From Gordonibacter sp. 28C (GTDB lineage Bacteria > Actinomycetota > Coriobacteriia > Coriobacteriales > Eggerthellaceae): a stretch of DNA of 64,000 nucleotides. The first letter of the stretch is position 1; every line of letters begins with the position of its first letter. The notes under the pieces are model-generated. The model did no database searches. It had not been told where the DNA came from and saw only the letters and a program-made list of their open reading frames with translations. This document shows, in pieces, positions 43,519-53,397 of the stretch. The stretch is taken from assembly GCF_003339845.1 (NCBI RefSeq), contig NZ_PPTR01000004.1, positions 167,719 to 231,718 of the forward strand. Reading direction: 5' to 3'. The translations under genes and the position numbers were made by a program.

Positions 43519-45147
43519 CTATCGTTCGGGTGACGGGTTTGCGGCGGGCCGGTCGGACGGCGGGGCCTTCGCGGACGAGGCCGGCTCGTGCGGTACCGAC
43601 CACAGCGACATGACGGCGTAGGAGCGCCAGGGGCTCCACGCCTTCGAGAGCGCCGCCAGCTCGCGCAGCTTGAGGCCGGGGAAGGCGCTCTTTACGCCCA
43701 GGTCGGTGGCCGGGAAGCCGTCGGGGTGGCCGTAGGCGCGCATGAGCAGGTACTGCACGGTCCAGTCGCCGATGCCGGGGATGGCGGCCAAGGCGCGCGC
43801 CTCGGCCTCGAGGTCGGCGCCGGGGCGCAGCGTCACCTCGCCCGCGCACACGGCCCGCGCGAGCGCGCAGATGGCGCGGGCCCGCTGCCCGATGACGCCC
43901 AACGCGCCCAGGCGGTCGGCCGCGTCGTCGGCGCAGAACACGGCGGGCGGCGGGAACGCCGTGGCGAGCGCTGCGTGCGGCGCGGCCGCCGGCGTGCCGA
44001 ACTCCCGCGCCACCCGCCCCGCCAGCGTGCCGGCCGCCTTCACGGTGATCTGCTGGCCCAGAATGGCGCGCACCGCCATCTCGAAGCCGTCGAAGCAGCA
44101 CGGCAGTCGGATGCCGGGCACGCGGTTCGCGGCGGGCACGCGCGCATGGAAATCGGCGAGGCCGGCTTCCACCACGGCGGGAAGGCAGTCGGTGTCGAAC
44201 AGGCGCCGCACGCGCGCCACCACCAGGGGCAGCTCGTCGAACAGCTCGGGCGACACGGTGAGCGCCAGACGGTTGCGCGCGGGCTCGTCGGCCACCCTGA
44301 TCCACCCCACGAGCGGTTGCGCGCCGGGCTCGTCGCGATCGAGGCGCACGGTGCGCAGGTACGCGCCGTCCTCCACCGCCTCCACGCCCTCGATGGCGCG
44401 CAGGCGCAGGAAGTCAAGCAGCAGGTCGAAGCGGTACGGCGGGCGGTATCCCATGTGCAGCACCACGGGGCCCGCGTCCGCGCGCGCAGCCCCCGCCTTC
44501 GCGCGGAAGAGGCTGGGCGGCATGCGGTACTGACGCGAAAACGCATCGTTGAAGCGGCGGACCGACGAGAAGCCGCAGGCGAACGCCACGCGCGTCACCG
44601 GAAGGTCGGTGTCGGTGAGCAGGCTTTTCGCAAGGAGCAGCCGGCAGGTGCCGCGGTACGCCGTGGGCGTGACGCCGTAGGTGCGCTCGAACAGGCGCCT
44701 CAGCTGCCGCTCGGACAGGCCCAGCCGCGTGGCCACGTCCGCGATGCGGCACGAACCCGCATGCTCGCGGATGAGTTCGGCGGCGCGCTGGACGGCCCGG
44801 TCGGTGTCCGGCGCGATGGGCGCGCCGGGAGCCAGCTCGGGACGGCACTTCAGGCAGGGACGGTACCCGGCCGCCTCGGCCTCGGCGGCGGTCCGGTAGA
44901 ACGTGCAGTTCTCGCGTTTCGGGCGCTTGGCCGGGCACACGGCACGGCAGTAGACGCCCGTGGACTTCACGCCCACGAAGAACAGCCCGTCGAAGCGCGC
45001 GTCGTGCGCGCCCAGCGCCTCCCAGCACGTGTCGCCGTCGGGCAGCACGGATCCGGCGAACGCGTCGGCGGAAAGCGCGCCGCCGCCCGTTGCGATTTCC
45101 CGGTCGTCCATGAGCGCATCCTTCCCCGACGGTTCCCTTGCGTTCAT
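43519..45147 (-). CDS. bifunctional Ada-like regulator/DNA repair protein (AdaA Zn domain + AraC HTH + AlkA glycosylase)
   Basis: CRAVCPAKRP…CTFY…CLKCRP Zn(Cys4). AraC-type HTH. C-terminal HhH-GPD (ILGQQITVKAAGTL…). Confidence 0.85.
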   Translation of the reverse strand: MNAREPSGKDALMDDREIATGGGALSADAFAGSVLPDGDTCWEALGAHDARFDGLFFVGVKSTGVYCRAVCPAKRPKRENCTFYRTAAEAEAAGYRPCLKCRPELAPGAPIAPDTDRAVQRAAELIREHAGSCRIADVATRLGLSERQLRRLFERTYGVTPTAYRGTCRLLLAKSLLTDTDLPVTRVAFACGFSSVRRFNDAFSRQYRMPPSLFRAKAGAARADAGPVVLHMGYRPPYRFDLLLDFLRLRAIEGVEAVEDGAYLRTVRLDRDEPGAQPLVGWIRVADEPARNRLALTVSPELFDELPLVVARVRRLFDTDCLPAVVEAGLADFHARVPAANRVPGIRLPCCFDGFEMAVRAILGQQITVKAAGTLAGRVAREFGTPAAAPHAALATAFPPPAVFCADDAADRLGALGVIGQRARAICALARAVCAGEVTLRPGADLEAEARALAAIPGIGDWTVQYLLMRAYGHPDGFPATDLGVKSAFPGLKLRELAALSKAWSPWRSYAVMSLWSVPHEPASSAKAPPSDRPAANPSPER

Positions 45148-45404
45148 GAAACCACACTCCGGCGGCGCGCGCTAGCCATTTTCGGACATAAAAGGCGTGA
45201 CGGCGGCTGCCTCGTCAGCGCGGAGCGTGCGGGCGGCGATTCGACGGCGCGGGACAACCGGAGCGTCGCCGTGCACGCACCGGTCATCCCGAGCGAGGCC
45301 GAAGCGGCATGCGTATTCGATGATCGGCCCACGAATACCTTGCGAACTGGTATGATACGTCTCAAACGAAAAAGGGGACCGACTTGCCCGTCTGCTCGCT
45401 TTCG

Positions 45405-46253
45405 ATGACGAAGGGGAACGCTGTGAACAAAAGGATCGTCTGCGCGGCCGCGGCCTGCGCCGTGGCTTTGTCTTTGACGCTGACCGGATGCGACTCGCAG
45501 GTCGAGGAGCCGAACGTTCCGACCGATTCCGCATCGGGTTCCGCCGGCGGCTACGGATACACGCTCACCGACGCGGAGAAGCTGAAGGCTTTGGCCGTAG
45601 GCGAGACGGCCGTATGGCGCGACTACGAGGTCACCGTGACGTCCATCGACCGCGCCGACGGCAAGCTCACCGCCCACATCGACGTGAGAAGCCACACGCT
45701 GGCGCAGTCGCTTGGCACCGAGTGCCTGCTGTCGTTCGGCATGCCGCCCGTGAGCTCGTCGTTCGAAGGCGACGTCATCGACGTGCCCGCCGGCGAGACG
45801 GTGTCGGGCACGCTCACGTTCGACGACCAGTACACCTCGCAGCGCCTCTTCTGGAACGACGGGGCCACCGAAGGCACGTGGGACCTCACGTTGCCGCCGG
45901 TGCAGCCCGAGCGGCAAGGCGCCGAGGGCGAGGGCGCCGAACCGTCCAAGACGGAGGCCGCCAAGCAGGAGGAGCCGAAGAAGGACGAGGCCGCCGAGGC
46001 GCAGAAGCAGGCCGTCGCTGCGCTCGAGGCCGAAATGCCCTCGCTGTTCGAGAACAACACGTTCTACGCGTTCCAAAGCGTCGACACGTCCACCGCCACC
46101 GTGACTCCCCAGGAAGGCGGCGGCTACGAGTACGTCAACGACGTCACCGTCACCGGTGCCGACGGGGCGCCGACCACGACGAACGTGCGCCTGATCTGCG
46201 AGGCGAACGGCAACTGCATATCGATGACCGTGGACGGCGCGTTCTTGTTCTAG
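45405..46253 (+). CDS. lipoprotein (lipobox LTGC), DUF4352-like
   Basis: Signal peptide with a Cys lipobox. The start may be GTG at 45423 (GAAGGGGAA RBS). Confidence 0.7.
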   Translation: MTKGNAVNKRIVCAAAACAVALSLTLTGCDSQVEEPNVPTDSASGSAGGYGYTLTDAEKLKALAVGETAVWRDYEVTVTSIDRADGKLTAHIDVRSHTLAQSLGTECLLSFGMPPVSSSFEGDVIDVPAGETVSGTLTFDDQYTSQRLFWNDGATEGTWDLTLPPVQPERQGAEGEGAEPSKTEAAKQEEPKKDEAAEAQKQAVAALEAEMPSLFENNTFYAFQSVDTSTATVTPQEGGGYEYVNDVTVTGADGAPTTTNVRLICEANGNCISMTVDGAFLF

Positions 46254-46446
46254 GCGGCGCGCGGCATGCATTCGCCGCGACAAGAACCGGGTTCGGAGCC
46301 ATCGAACTCGGTCGCGCCGGCGCATCGGCGCATAAGGCTCCTCGTGCCAAACATCACCGTTTGATGCCAGAACCCTGACACTTGCTTTTCGTCACGGTAT
46401 AGTTTCGCCATGCGCCATCGCGCTTCGAAACGCAAGGAGACCCGCC

Positions 46447-47556
46447 ATGATAAAGTCGCCCGTCGCGTCCCGCTTCGCGCAGCGCTCCGCCCAGAGTTGG
46501 GTAGCCGTGTTGCTCGCCGTCTGCCTGTTTGCCGCCGGAGCGGCGTTCGCCGGTTGTGCGAGCGAGCAGCCGAGCACATCCGACCCGTCGAATAGCCCGA
46601 CCATGGTTTCGGATCCCGACGACCTTTCGGCTTCCATCGAATACGAGCCCATCGACTACGCCGACCCTGCGCGCTGGATAGCGCGTCCGAGCGAGACGCC
46701 GTTGCCCGTAGACGTGTTCTACCTCTATCCCACCGCCTGGCACAAGGTGAGCGGCGGAGAATCGAACCTGTGCGCCATCGACAACGAAACCCTGCTGGAA
46801 GGGGCGCCGAAGATATTCGACGAGCAGGCCACGGCTTTCGAGACGGCGGGCAACGTGTTCGCGCCGTACTATCGCCAGGTCGACGCCGCCTACTACCTAA
46901 GTGCTTCGGAGAGCGACCAGACGAAGCTGTTGGGAGGCGTACCCGCGCTCGATGCGTACACCGCCTTGGACTACTACTTCGAGCACTGCAACGAGGGACG
47001 GCCTTTCATCTTGGCCGGGCATTCGCAAGGCTCCAACCTGCTTAAATACGTGCTGCAAGACTACATGGGCAAGCACCCGGAGCTCAAGGAGCGCATGGTT
47101 GCCGCCTACGTGATAGGCTACAAGGTGATGGGCGACGAAGGGTTCCTCGGCCCGGACGCCTTCAAGTTCGCCGAAGGCCCCGACGACACCGGCGTGGTTA
47201 TCTCATACAACACGCAAGCCCCCGAGATCGAGGGAGCCAACCCGGTGACCGAGGCCGGCGCGCTGGGCATCAATCCCATCACCTGGACGCGCACCAGCGA
47301 GACGGCTCCCGCCAGCGCGAGCAAAGGCGCGCGCATCAACGGCGTGGACGCAGGTCCCTTGGCCGACGCCACCGTCGACAGCGCGCGCGGCGCGCTGATC
47401 TGCTCGACGGTGGATCCCGACGATTTCGGCTCCGCGAGCGGCGTGTTCCCCAAGGGCGTGTACCACGGCCAGGACTACGCGTTCTACTACTACGACCTGC
47501 GCGCCAACGCCGAACTGCGCGCGGCAACGTATCTGGCGGAACACGGCGGGGCCTAA
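46447..47556 (+). CDS. lipoprotein, alpha/beta-hydrolase (DUF3089-like, GHSQG nucleophile elbow)
   Basis: Lipobox FAGC. GHSQGS motif. AAGGAG RBS. Confidence 0.75.
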   Translation: MIKSPVASRFAQRSAQSWVAVLLAVCLFAAGAAFAGCASEQPSTSDPSNSPTMVSDPDDLSASIEYEPIDYADPARWIARPSETPLPVDVFYLYPTAWHKVSGGESNLCAIDNETLLEGAPKIFDEQATAFETAGNVFAPYYRQVDAAYYLSASESDQTKLLGGVPALDAYTALDYYFEHCNEGRPFILAGHSQGSNLLKYVLQDYMGKHPELKERMVAAYVIGYKVMGDEGFLGPDAFKFAEGPDDTGVVISYNTQAPEIEGANPVTEAGALGINPITWTRTSETAPASASKGARINGVDAGPLADATVDSARGALICSTVDPDDFGSASGVFPKGVYHGQDYAFYYYDLRANAELRAATYLAEHGGA

Positions 47557-47616
47557 GCGGGAGCTGTCGAAGCGTTCGGACACGACATCCGCGTACCGAT
47601 CGGCGGCGCGCAGGAA

Positions 47617-48246
47617 CTAACGGGAGAGCTGCGCCGCTTGGGATTCGAGAACGCTCTGCGCGAGCGCGAGCAAGCCGGCGAAGTATCCGTTGGGGAACGC
47701 TTCGACCACGCGGCCGCGCAGCGACGCGATCCACGACAGAGGATGCCGCTCAATGAATGAGGCGAGAAAAGCCTCATTCGCCGCCTCGCCGGCGGCGTAT
47801 CGGCGACAGAGCTCGGACAGGTACAGCAGCTCGATGCCCATATGATCCTCGTATTGGCGATTCTCGTTGCGCAGCTCCAGCCCGGCCTCGCGCAAAAGCT
47901 CGCGCATTTCGAACGTGGCCTGGCCGAAGCCCACCGTAGCGCCCTCGCCGCGGTGCATGGTTTCCCATGGGGGCGCAGCGGGCGACGGAGGGCCCACAAA
48001 CAGGCGAGTGTATTCAACGGCTACCTGCTGGACCGCCTCGTCACGCGGCCGGGTTGCCGCCGCTTCCGCATATCGACTGCAGGCGTCGATGCACGCCCGA
48101 ATAGCCTCATCACCGAAATCGGGGAACGACTCCCAAAACGCATAGTCGATACCGACCGACGGCGTTTGCGTCATGGGCTTCAACAACGAGTTCCCCACGA
48201 ACCCGTAGACTTCGGAAAGCGCACTCCAAGGGGTGTCTGCCAACAT
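47617..48246 (-). CDS. TorD/DmsD-family redox enzyme maturation chaperone
   Basis: TorD-like helices (YTRLFVGPP…GIELLYLSELC). Last gene of the reductase operon. Confidence 0.8.
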   Translation of the reverse strand: MLADTPWSALSEVYGFVGNSLLKPMTQTPSVGIDYAFWESFPDFGDEAIRACIDACSRYAEAAATRPRDEAVQQVAVEYTRLFVGPPSPAAPPWETMHRGEGATVGFGQATFEMRELLREAGLELRNENRQYEDHMGIELLYLSELCRRYAAGEAANEAFLASFIERHPLSWIASLRGRVVEAFPNGYFAGLLALAQSVLESQAAQLSR

Positions 48247-48456
48247 GGTGGACTCCTTCGATCAGGGCGCTTAAGGCGCCGAGCGTTGCTTGCAAGGACA
48301 CCCGCATCCGCCAGCGGGAGCGGCAGGACGCGGGCAAGGGAGGGAGTGCGGCCTGCGAGCGGAACGATGCCCGAAAGGCAGGACGCGACAGCATGAGGGA
48401 GGGAGATACGGAGCCCGAACGCCAGGCATACGGACTCCGTATCGAGAACCCCCAGG

Positions 48457-49680
48457 TTAAACGGCCTTTGCGGCTATTCCGCCCTCTGCCGCCTCTCCGG
48501 CCGAAACCGACTGCGGAGCTTTCGAGAGCAGTTTCTTCGACAGCAGCATGAAGGCCAGGACGCCAAGCGAGACCACGCCGACCGCAACCGTTATCTCCAC
48601 CCAGGTGGGGGCATACGAGCTCGTGATAGCCCATACGTCCACGCCCCCAGCATGAGCAGCAGAGGACGATCCCGATATGATGCCGGGAGCCCCCGCCACA
48701 TTGGGAACGACGAACGAAGTCAGCAGAAGCCACACGCGTTTGAAGAACACGCCCACCACCACGCAGACGCTCGCCGCAGCCACCAAACCCATACGCGCAC
48801 GATTCCTCGCGAACACAAGAATGCAGAACGGAACAAGCACTCCCACGACGATTTCGAACCAGAAGAACGGGGCTGTGGCGCCCGTCGCCATGATGGCGAG
48901 CATCTCGGCGCCGGCAGCGCCCGGGTAGGCCATCGTCAGCGCCTCGCAGCCCACGAAGAACCCGTCGACGGCGATGCACGCGGCCAGCAAACCAGCCAGG
49001 TTGGAAATGAGCTTCTTCTCCACCTTGAACGTGCCGGACTTGTTGAGGCCCATGAGCGACAGCAGCAGCAACGCCAGACCGGAGTCCATGGCGGACACCA
49101 CGAACAACGGCGCCATGATAGCCGAGTACCAGCCCTCCTTCGCCATTTCCAGACCGAAGATCCATGCGGTCACGGAATGCACGAGGATCGCCACGGGCAA
49201 TGCGAAACGCGACACGATGGCGACTTTATCCTGCGCGCCCGGTTTCTTCGACTTCATGAAATACAGGTACACCACGTTGATGACCAGGTACAGCGTGATG
49301 ACGCAAATATCCCAGAACAGCGGCGACGCGGGGTTCGGCCCCGTGACGATGCGCCACACGCGCTGGATACCGCCTAAATCGATGAGCACGAACATACCGG
49401 CGCAGCAGATGCACACCGTGGACAGGATGACGGCGGGAAGCGCCACCTTCTTGTACTCGGCCACATGGAACACGCTGGCAGAGGAGGCCACGATCAAGCC
49501 ACCGGCCGAGAGGCCGACAAAGAACATGAAACAGGTGATGTACAGGCCCCACGAGGTGCCGTTGTTCATACCGGTGACACCCAAACCGTTCATCAGTTGG
49601 TAGATCCAGGCGGCGATGCCGGCCACCGTCAGCGCGCCGAGCACGCCGGCAACCGCTTTGAATTTCGTTGAGGTTCCCAT
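48457..49680 (-). CDS. NrfD/PsrC/DmsC-family membrane anchor subunit of Mo-reductase
   Basis: Start MGTSTKF (AAGAAGGGGG RBS). 8-10 TM helices with typical NrfD pattern. Confidence 0.85.
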   Translation of the reverse strand: MGTSTKFKAVAGVLGALTVAGIAAWIYQLMNGLGVTGMNNGTSWGLYITCFMFFVGLSAGGLIVASSASVFHVAEYKKVALPAVILSTVCICCAGMFVLIDLGGIQRVWRIVTGPNPASPLFWDICVITLYLVINVVYLYFMKSKKPGAQDKVAIVSRFALPVAILVHSVTAWIFGLEMAKEGWYSAIMAPLFVVSAMDSGLALLLLSLMGLNKSGTFKVEKKLISNLAGLLAACIAVDGFFVGCEALTMAYPGAAGAEMLAIMATGATAPFFWFEIVVGVLVPFCILVFARNRARMGLVAAASVCVVVGVFFKRVWLLLTSFVVPNVAGAPGIISGSSSAAHAGGVDVWAITSSYAPTWVEITVAVGVVSLGVLAFMLLSKKLLSKAPQSVSAGEAAEGGIAAKAV

Positions 49681-49696
49681 GATTCGCACCCCCTTC

Positions 49697-50323
49697 TTAG
49701 TTGAAATAGTGAACTTGCGGACGCGTGCCCTGCTCTTCAAGAAGAACGCCGGCATTGCGCTCGCGGAGCACGGTCGATATCTCGCTCTCGGGATCGTCAA
49801 GATCGCCGAAAACGCGCGCTTTGGAAAGACAGCATCTTACGCACATGGGCTCGTCGCCGCGATCGGTGCGCTCTTTGCACAACGTGCATTTCTCCGCCAC
49901 GCCCTTCGGGCGCACTGGCACGTCCTTGTCCCCATAATTGAAATCGGGATCGCGTACCGGCTCGTTCCAATTGAAAACACGGGCATTGTACGGGCACGCC
50001 GCCATGCACATGCGGCAACCGATGCACTTGTCGTAATCGATCTCCACGCGCCCTTTTTCGTCCTTGTACGTGGCACCCGTGGGGCACACGCGCATGCAGG
50101 CGGGATTCTCGCAGTGCTGGCAAGCCACGGGCAGATGCGAGCGAGAGATGTTGGGATAGACGCCCTGCACACCGACCTCGAACTCGCAATCTTCGTTGAG
50201 CACGCGGTTCCACGCCATGCCCATGGGCACGTTGTTCTGCATTTTGCACGCCATGGCGCACGTATTGCAGCCCGTGCAACGATCAAGGTTGATGGCTATG
50301 GCCAATCGAGTCATTTGAACCAC
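49697..50323 (-). CDS. 4Fe-4S ferredoxin-type electron-transfer subunit (DmsB-like)
   Basis: Four CxxCxxCxxxCP clusters. Confidence 0.9.
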   Translation of the reverse strand: MVQMTRLAIAINLDRCTGCNTCAMACKMQNNVPMGMAWNRVLNEDCEFEVGVQGVYPNISRSHLPVACQHCENPACMRVCPTGATYKDEKGRVEIDYDKCIGCRMCMAACPYNARVFNWNEPVRDPDFNYGDKDVPVRPKGVAEKCTLCKERTDRGDEPMCVRCCLSKARVFGDLDDPESEISTVLRERNAGVLLEEQGTRPQVHYFN

Positions 50324-52738
50324 CTACGCTTTCTTCACTTCGATAAGCGTGTCGTTGAAGGGAGTGACCCTACCCTTGGCAAGCGCTTTTCCACGAGGAT
50401 TCACGGCATCGTTGGTGACGTTCTGCACGTTTCCAGCGTCCATGTACTTGTCCCAGATGCCCTCGACAATGGCAGCCGTCCCAGGACGAACCGCTTCAGT
50501 GGCAACGCAGGCGCATTGGAACGAGCCCCGATCGTTGAACGCCTCGACCACGTCGCCGGACTCCAAGCCGCGAGCGGCCATGTCGGAGGGGTTCATTTCC
50601 AGCGTCGGCTCGTAATGCTGGCGCAACCATGTGGCGTCCATAAAGTTTTGATGAATGAAATATTTCGACCTTCGCTGCGTCATGACAAGGGGGTACTCGT
50701 CTCGCAGAGGGTTGTCCTCGTACGCCTCGTTCGGTGCTTCGTACTGGGGCAGCGCCTGTCCGTAGCTCACCAGATTCTCGTAATACAAGTCGATCTTTCC
50801 CGACGTCGTCTTGTATGTTTGCCCGCTGTAGCTGCGCGCGATATCCGGCTGGTTCTTGAGGGCAACCACTCCGTTGTTGGCAAGCAGGTCGTCGAGGGTG
50901 ATGCCGGCGACCGCCTTGTCAGTCGCTTTGTCCAACTGGAAGCGCGCAAGCTCCTCTTGGCTCTTCGGGAGCGCATCGCCATACCCTAAACGCTTGGCCA
51001 TTTCGCGATCGATCCAGAAGTCCGTCTTGCTCTCGAACAGAGGGTCCAGCACCTTTTGCTGCAGGAGAACGTGCCCTCGCAGAGCTCGGAGAAAGCCGAT
51101 TTCCTCGTCGACTTCGAAGTGGGAGCACACGGGCAGAACGATATCGGCCCAATCCACCGAAGGCGTATGCCAGATATCCTGAACCACTACGAAATCGAGG
51201 CTCTTTGCCCACTCGTTCGTGCGGTTTTGATTGCCTGCGATTTGCTGGAAGGCACCGTTTTGTACCCACATGAAGCGTATGCCGCTTTCTTCGTCGCGAT
51301 AGTCGACGCTCGCCTTGGGTGCCGGCGCTGTTTTGCATTCGGAAGGCAAGGGCCAGGAAGCCAGCTTGCCCGCTCCGAATATTTTCTGATACGCATTCAC
51401 GTACGCGCCCGCTCCCCAACCGGGGATATCGGTCCCAAAAGAGCCGACCAGCGTGGCGAGAAGAACCGCTGCATGACCGGCAACGTCGGCATTGTAGAAT
51501 TTCTCGCCGCCGCCAAACCCGAACGATAGGATCGAGGGCCCGTTGTTTGCGTATTTGTCAGTGATCTCGATGAGAACGCTCTCGTCGATACCGGTGGTCT
51601 CGGCGGCCCAGGAGGATGGGTACTGGCTCTGGTTCTCTTTGAGCAGCTTGAACACGGTAGCGTATTCCTCGCCGTTGATAGAAGTCTCGAAATCGAGGAC
51701 CGGATCTACGTCAGCCTCATTGTACGCAGCCAAAGCGCCAGCGCCTTCGTCCCACACCATGAAAGGATTGTCGGATCCCGCCTGCTTGACGTCGTCGACG
51801 GGACCTTTTCGCAGGAGAGACCTATCCGAGCGCTTGACCAGGAAGGGCATGCTCGTATTAGCCTTCAAATACGGAGCGTTGTACCACTCGTTGTCCAGGA
51901 TGATCGAGATCATACCGAGGTAAAGCGCCGGATCGGTGCCCGCAACCATGGGAACCCATCGCGAACTCTTCTCGGCGGTAGTGCAAAAATTCGGGTCGAG
52001 CGTGATGATCTCGGCCCCCGCCTCCTTCGCCTCAAAGAAATACCGCGCGGTCACCATGCACGTCTCCAACATGTTGCAACCCACGTTGAGGATGGTTTTG
52101 GCGTTCTTCCAATCGGTGACCTCGTTCGACGAGGCGCCCTGTTGGCCCGACTCGGCAAGCGCCGGCGAAAATCCGTTGCCCATACCTATGTCGATGCCGC
52201 GGTGGGGCTTTTCCTGACCCTTGAGCAGCTGGGGAAGAAACGTGGTGAGCGAATCGACGGCCGTCTGGATGGCTATAGCCCCGACGCCGTACTTCTCCTG
52301 CGTCTCTTTCACCTTGTCGGCGATTGTGTCGAGTGCTTCGTCCCAAGTGATTTCGACGAACTCGCCCGCCCCGCGCTCACCTACGCGTTTGAGGGGAACC
52401 TGCAAGCGCTCTTCGCTGTAAGTATGTTGTATTTCGGAAATGCCCTTCAGGCAGATGGTCTCGTTACGCTTGTCCGGCCAGTCGTTCGGCTCGATCAAAA
52501 CCATGCGCCCGTCGCGCACCGTGCACTTCAAATGGCAGTTGCACTGGCAATGACGGTAGTGGAAGGTGTAACCGCAATGCTCCTCGGGTGCGGCATGCGC
52601 CTCCGTCGGCGCAAGCCACCCGTCAGCCGTCGTCATGCCGGCAGCCCCCGCAAGGCCAAGCGCTCCCGCAGCAACGCCGACGGCCTTGATAAAGCTCCTT
52701 CGCGTAAGTCCGCTTTGCGAACCGATCGCTTCTGACAT
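50324..52738 (-). CDS. molybdopterin (bis-MGD) oxidoreductase catalytic subunit, DMSO reductase family, Tat-exported
   Basis: Start MSEAIGSQSGLTRRSFIKAVGVAAGALGLAGAAG (twin-arginine) after TAGGAGGAG. N-terminal Cys cluster CxxCxxxC…C. 804 aa. Confidence 0.9.
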   Translation of the reverse strand: MSEAIGSQSGLTRRSFIKAVGVAAGALGLAGAAGMTTADGWLAPTEAHAAPEEHCGYTFHYRHCQCNCHLKCTVRDGRMVLIEPNDWPDKRNETICLKGISEIQHTYSEERLQVPLKRVGERGAGEFVEITWDEALDTIADKVKETQEKYGVGAIAIQTAVDSLTTFLPQLLKGQEKPHRGIDIGMGNGFSPALAESGQQGASSNEVTDWKNAKTILNVGCNMLETCMVTARYFFEAKEAGAEIITLDPNFCTTAEKSSRWVPMVAGTDPALYLGMISIILDNEWYNAPYLKANTSMPFLVKRSDRSLLRKGPVDDVKQAGSDNPFMVWDEGAGALAAYNEADVDPVLDFETSINGEEYATVFKLLKENQSQYPSSWAAETTGIDESVLIEITDKYANNGPSILSFGFGGGEKFYNADVAGHAAVLLATLVGSFGTDIPGWGAGAYVNAYQKIFGAGKLASWPLPSECKTAPAPKASVDYRDEESGIRFMWVQNGAFQQIAGNQNRTNEWAKSLDFVVVQDIWHTPSVDWADIVLPVCSHFEVDEEIGFLRALRGHVLLQQKVLDPLFESKTDFWIDREMAKRLGYGDALPKSQEELARFQLDKATDKAVAGITLDDLLANNGVVALKNQPDIARSYSGQTYKTTSGKIDLYYENLVSYGQALPQYEAPNEAYEDNPLRDEYPLVMTQRRSKYFIHQNFMDATWLRQHYEPTLEMNPSDMAARGLESGDVVEAFNDRGSFQCACVATEAVRPGTAAIVEGIWDKYMDAGNVQNVTNDAVNPRGKALAKGRVTPFNDTLIEVKKA

Positions 52739-52925
52739 GTCTCCTCCTAAGATGGTATCAGGGCATTTCGCATCGTGTCTGCGAAGTTGGAACCTCGTCT
52801 GGACGGCCGTTGCGCAGTCAAGCGCACTCCCCCTGCGATCGATTCCCCCTGCGGCACGACTCGTGCGAGAATGCCTTTCTATCCCTCGTGAGAATTGGCC
52901 AAATTCTTCTTCCTGCACTATACGA

Positions 52926-52964
52926 GATTATCATATGACAATCAAGGATTGTCATATGATAATC
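52926..52964. promoter_or_regulatory. perfect 17-bp inverted repeat operator candidate (GATTATCATATGACAAT-caagg-ATTGTCATATGATAATC)
   Basis: In the 660-bp AT-rich leader of the reductase operon. Confidence 0.5.
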
Positions 52965-53138
52965 TTGGCTTGTCATTATTCTATTTTCAACATAATAGCA
53001 ATCGATGCAACTTGTTGATTCCGCAGATCAGATATACAATCGGCAAGTATTTGAATGATCGTTCAAGTTGTAGTTTTACGATCATCGGGGGAATCAATCT
53101 CCTATCACATGCCCTTTTCTCATTTGAATTACGAACAA

Positions 53139-53156
53139 ATGTTTCACGTGAAACAT
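53139..53156. promoter_or_regulatory. 18-bp perfect palindrome ATGTTTCACGTGAAACAT (regulator binding-site candidate)
   Basis: Self-complementary. CRP/FNR-like half-sites (TTTCAC/GTGAAA). Confidence 0.45.
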
Positions 53157-53233
53157 CGTTGCGAAAAGCATACGAAACCGTCGAACACGTCGAACGGCGA
53201 TTCATGGAGAAAAGCGTACTGAGTTTTCGGAAA

Positions 53234-53327
53234 CGGCACCTTCTCGCGGATTATTCAACCGCCCAACGTTTATCGCCTTGCGGCACCTTCTCGCGGATTA
53301 TTCAACCGCCCAACGTTTATCGCCTTG
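53234..53327. repeat. exact 47-bp tandem duplication in reductase operon leader
   Basis: CGGCACCTTCTCGCGGATTATTCAACCGCCCAACGTTTATCGCCTTG ×2. Confidence 0.9.
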
Positions 53328-53397
53328 CGGCGCCTTTCGCCTTTGGAAGCATCGTAACTGACGTTCCCATACTTGAACCTGCCGTTTTGCGGCAATT

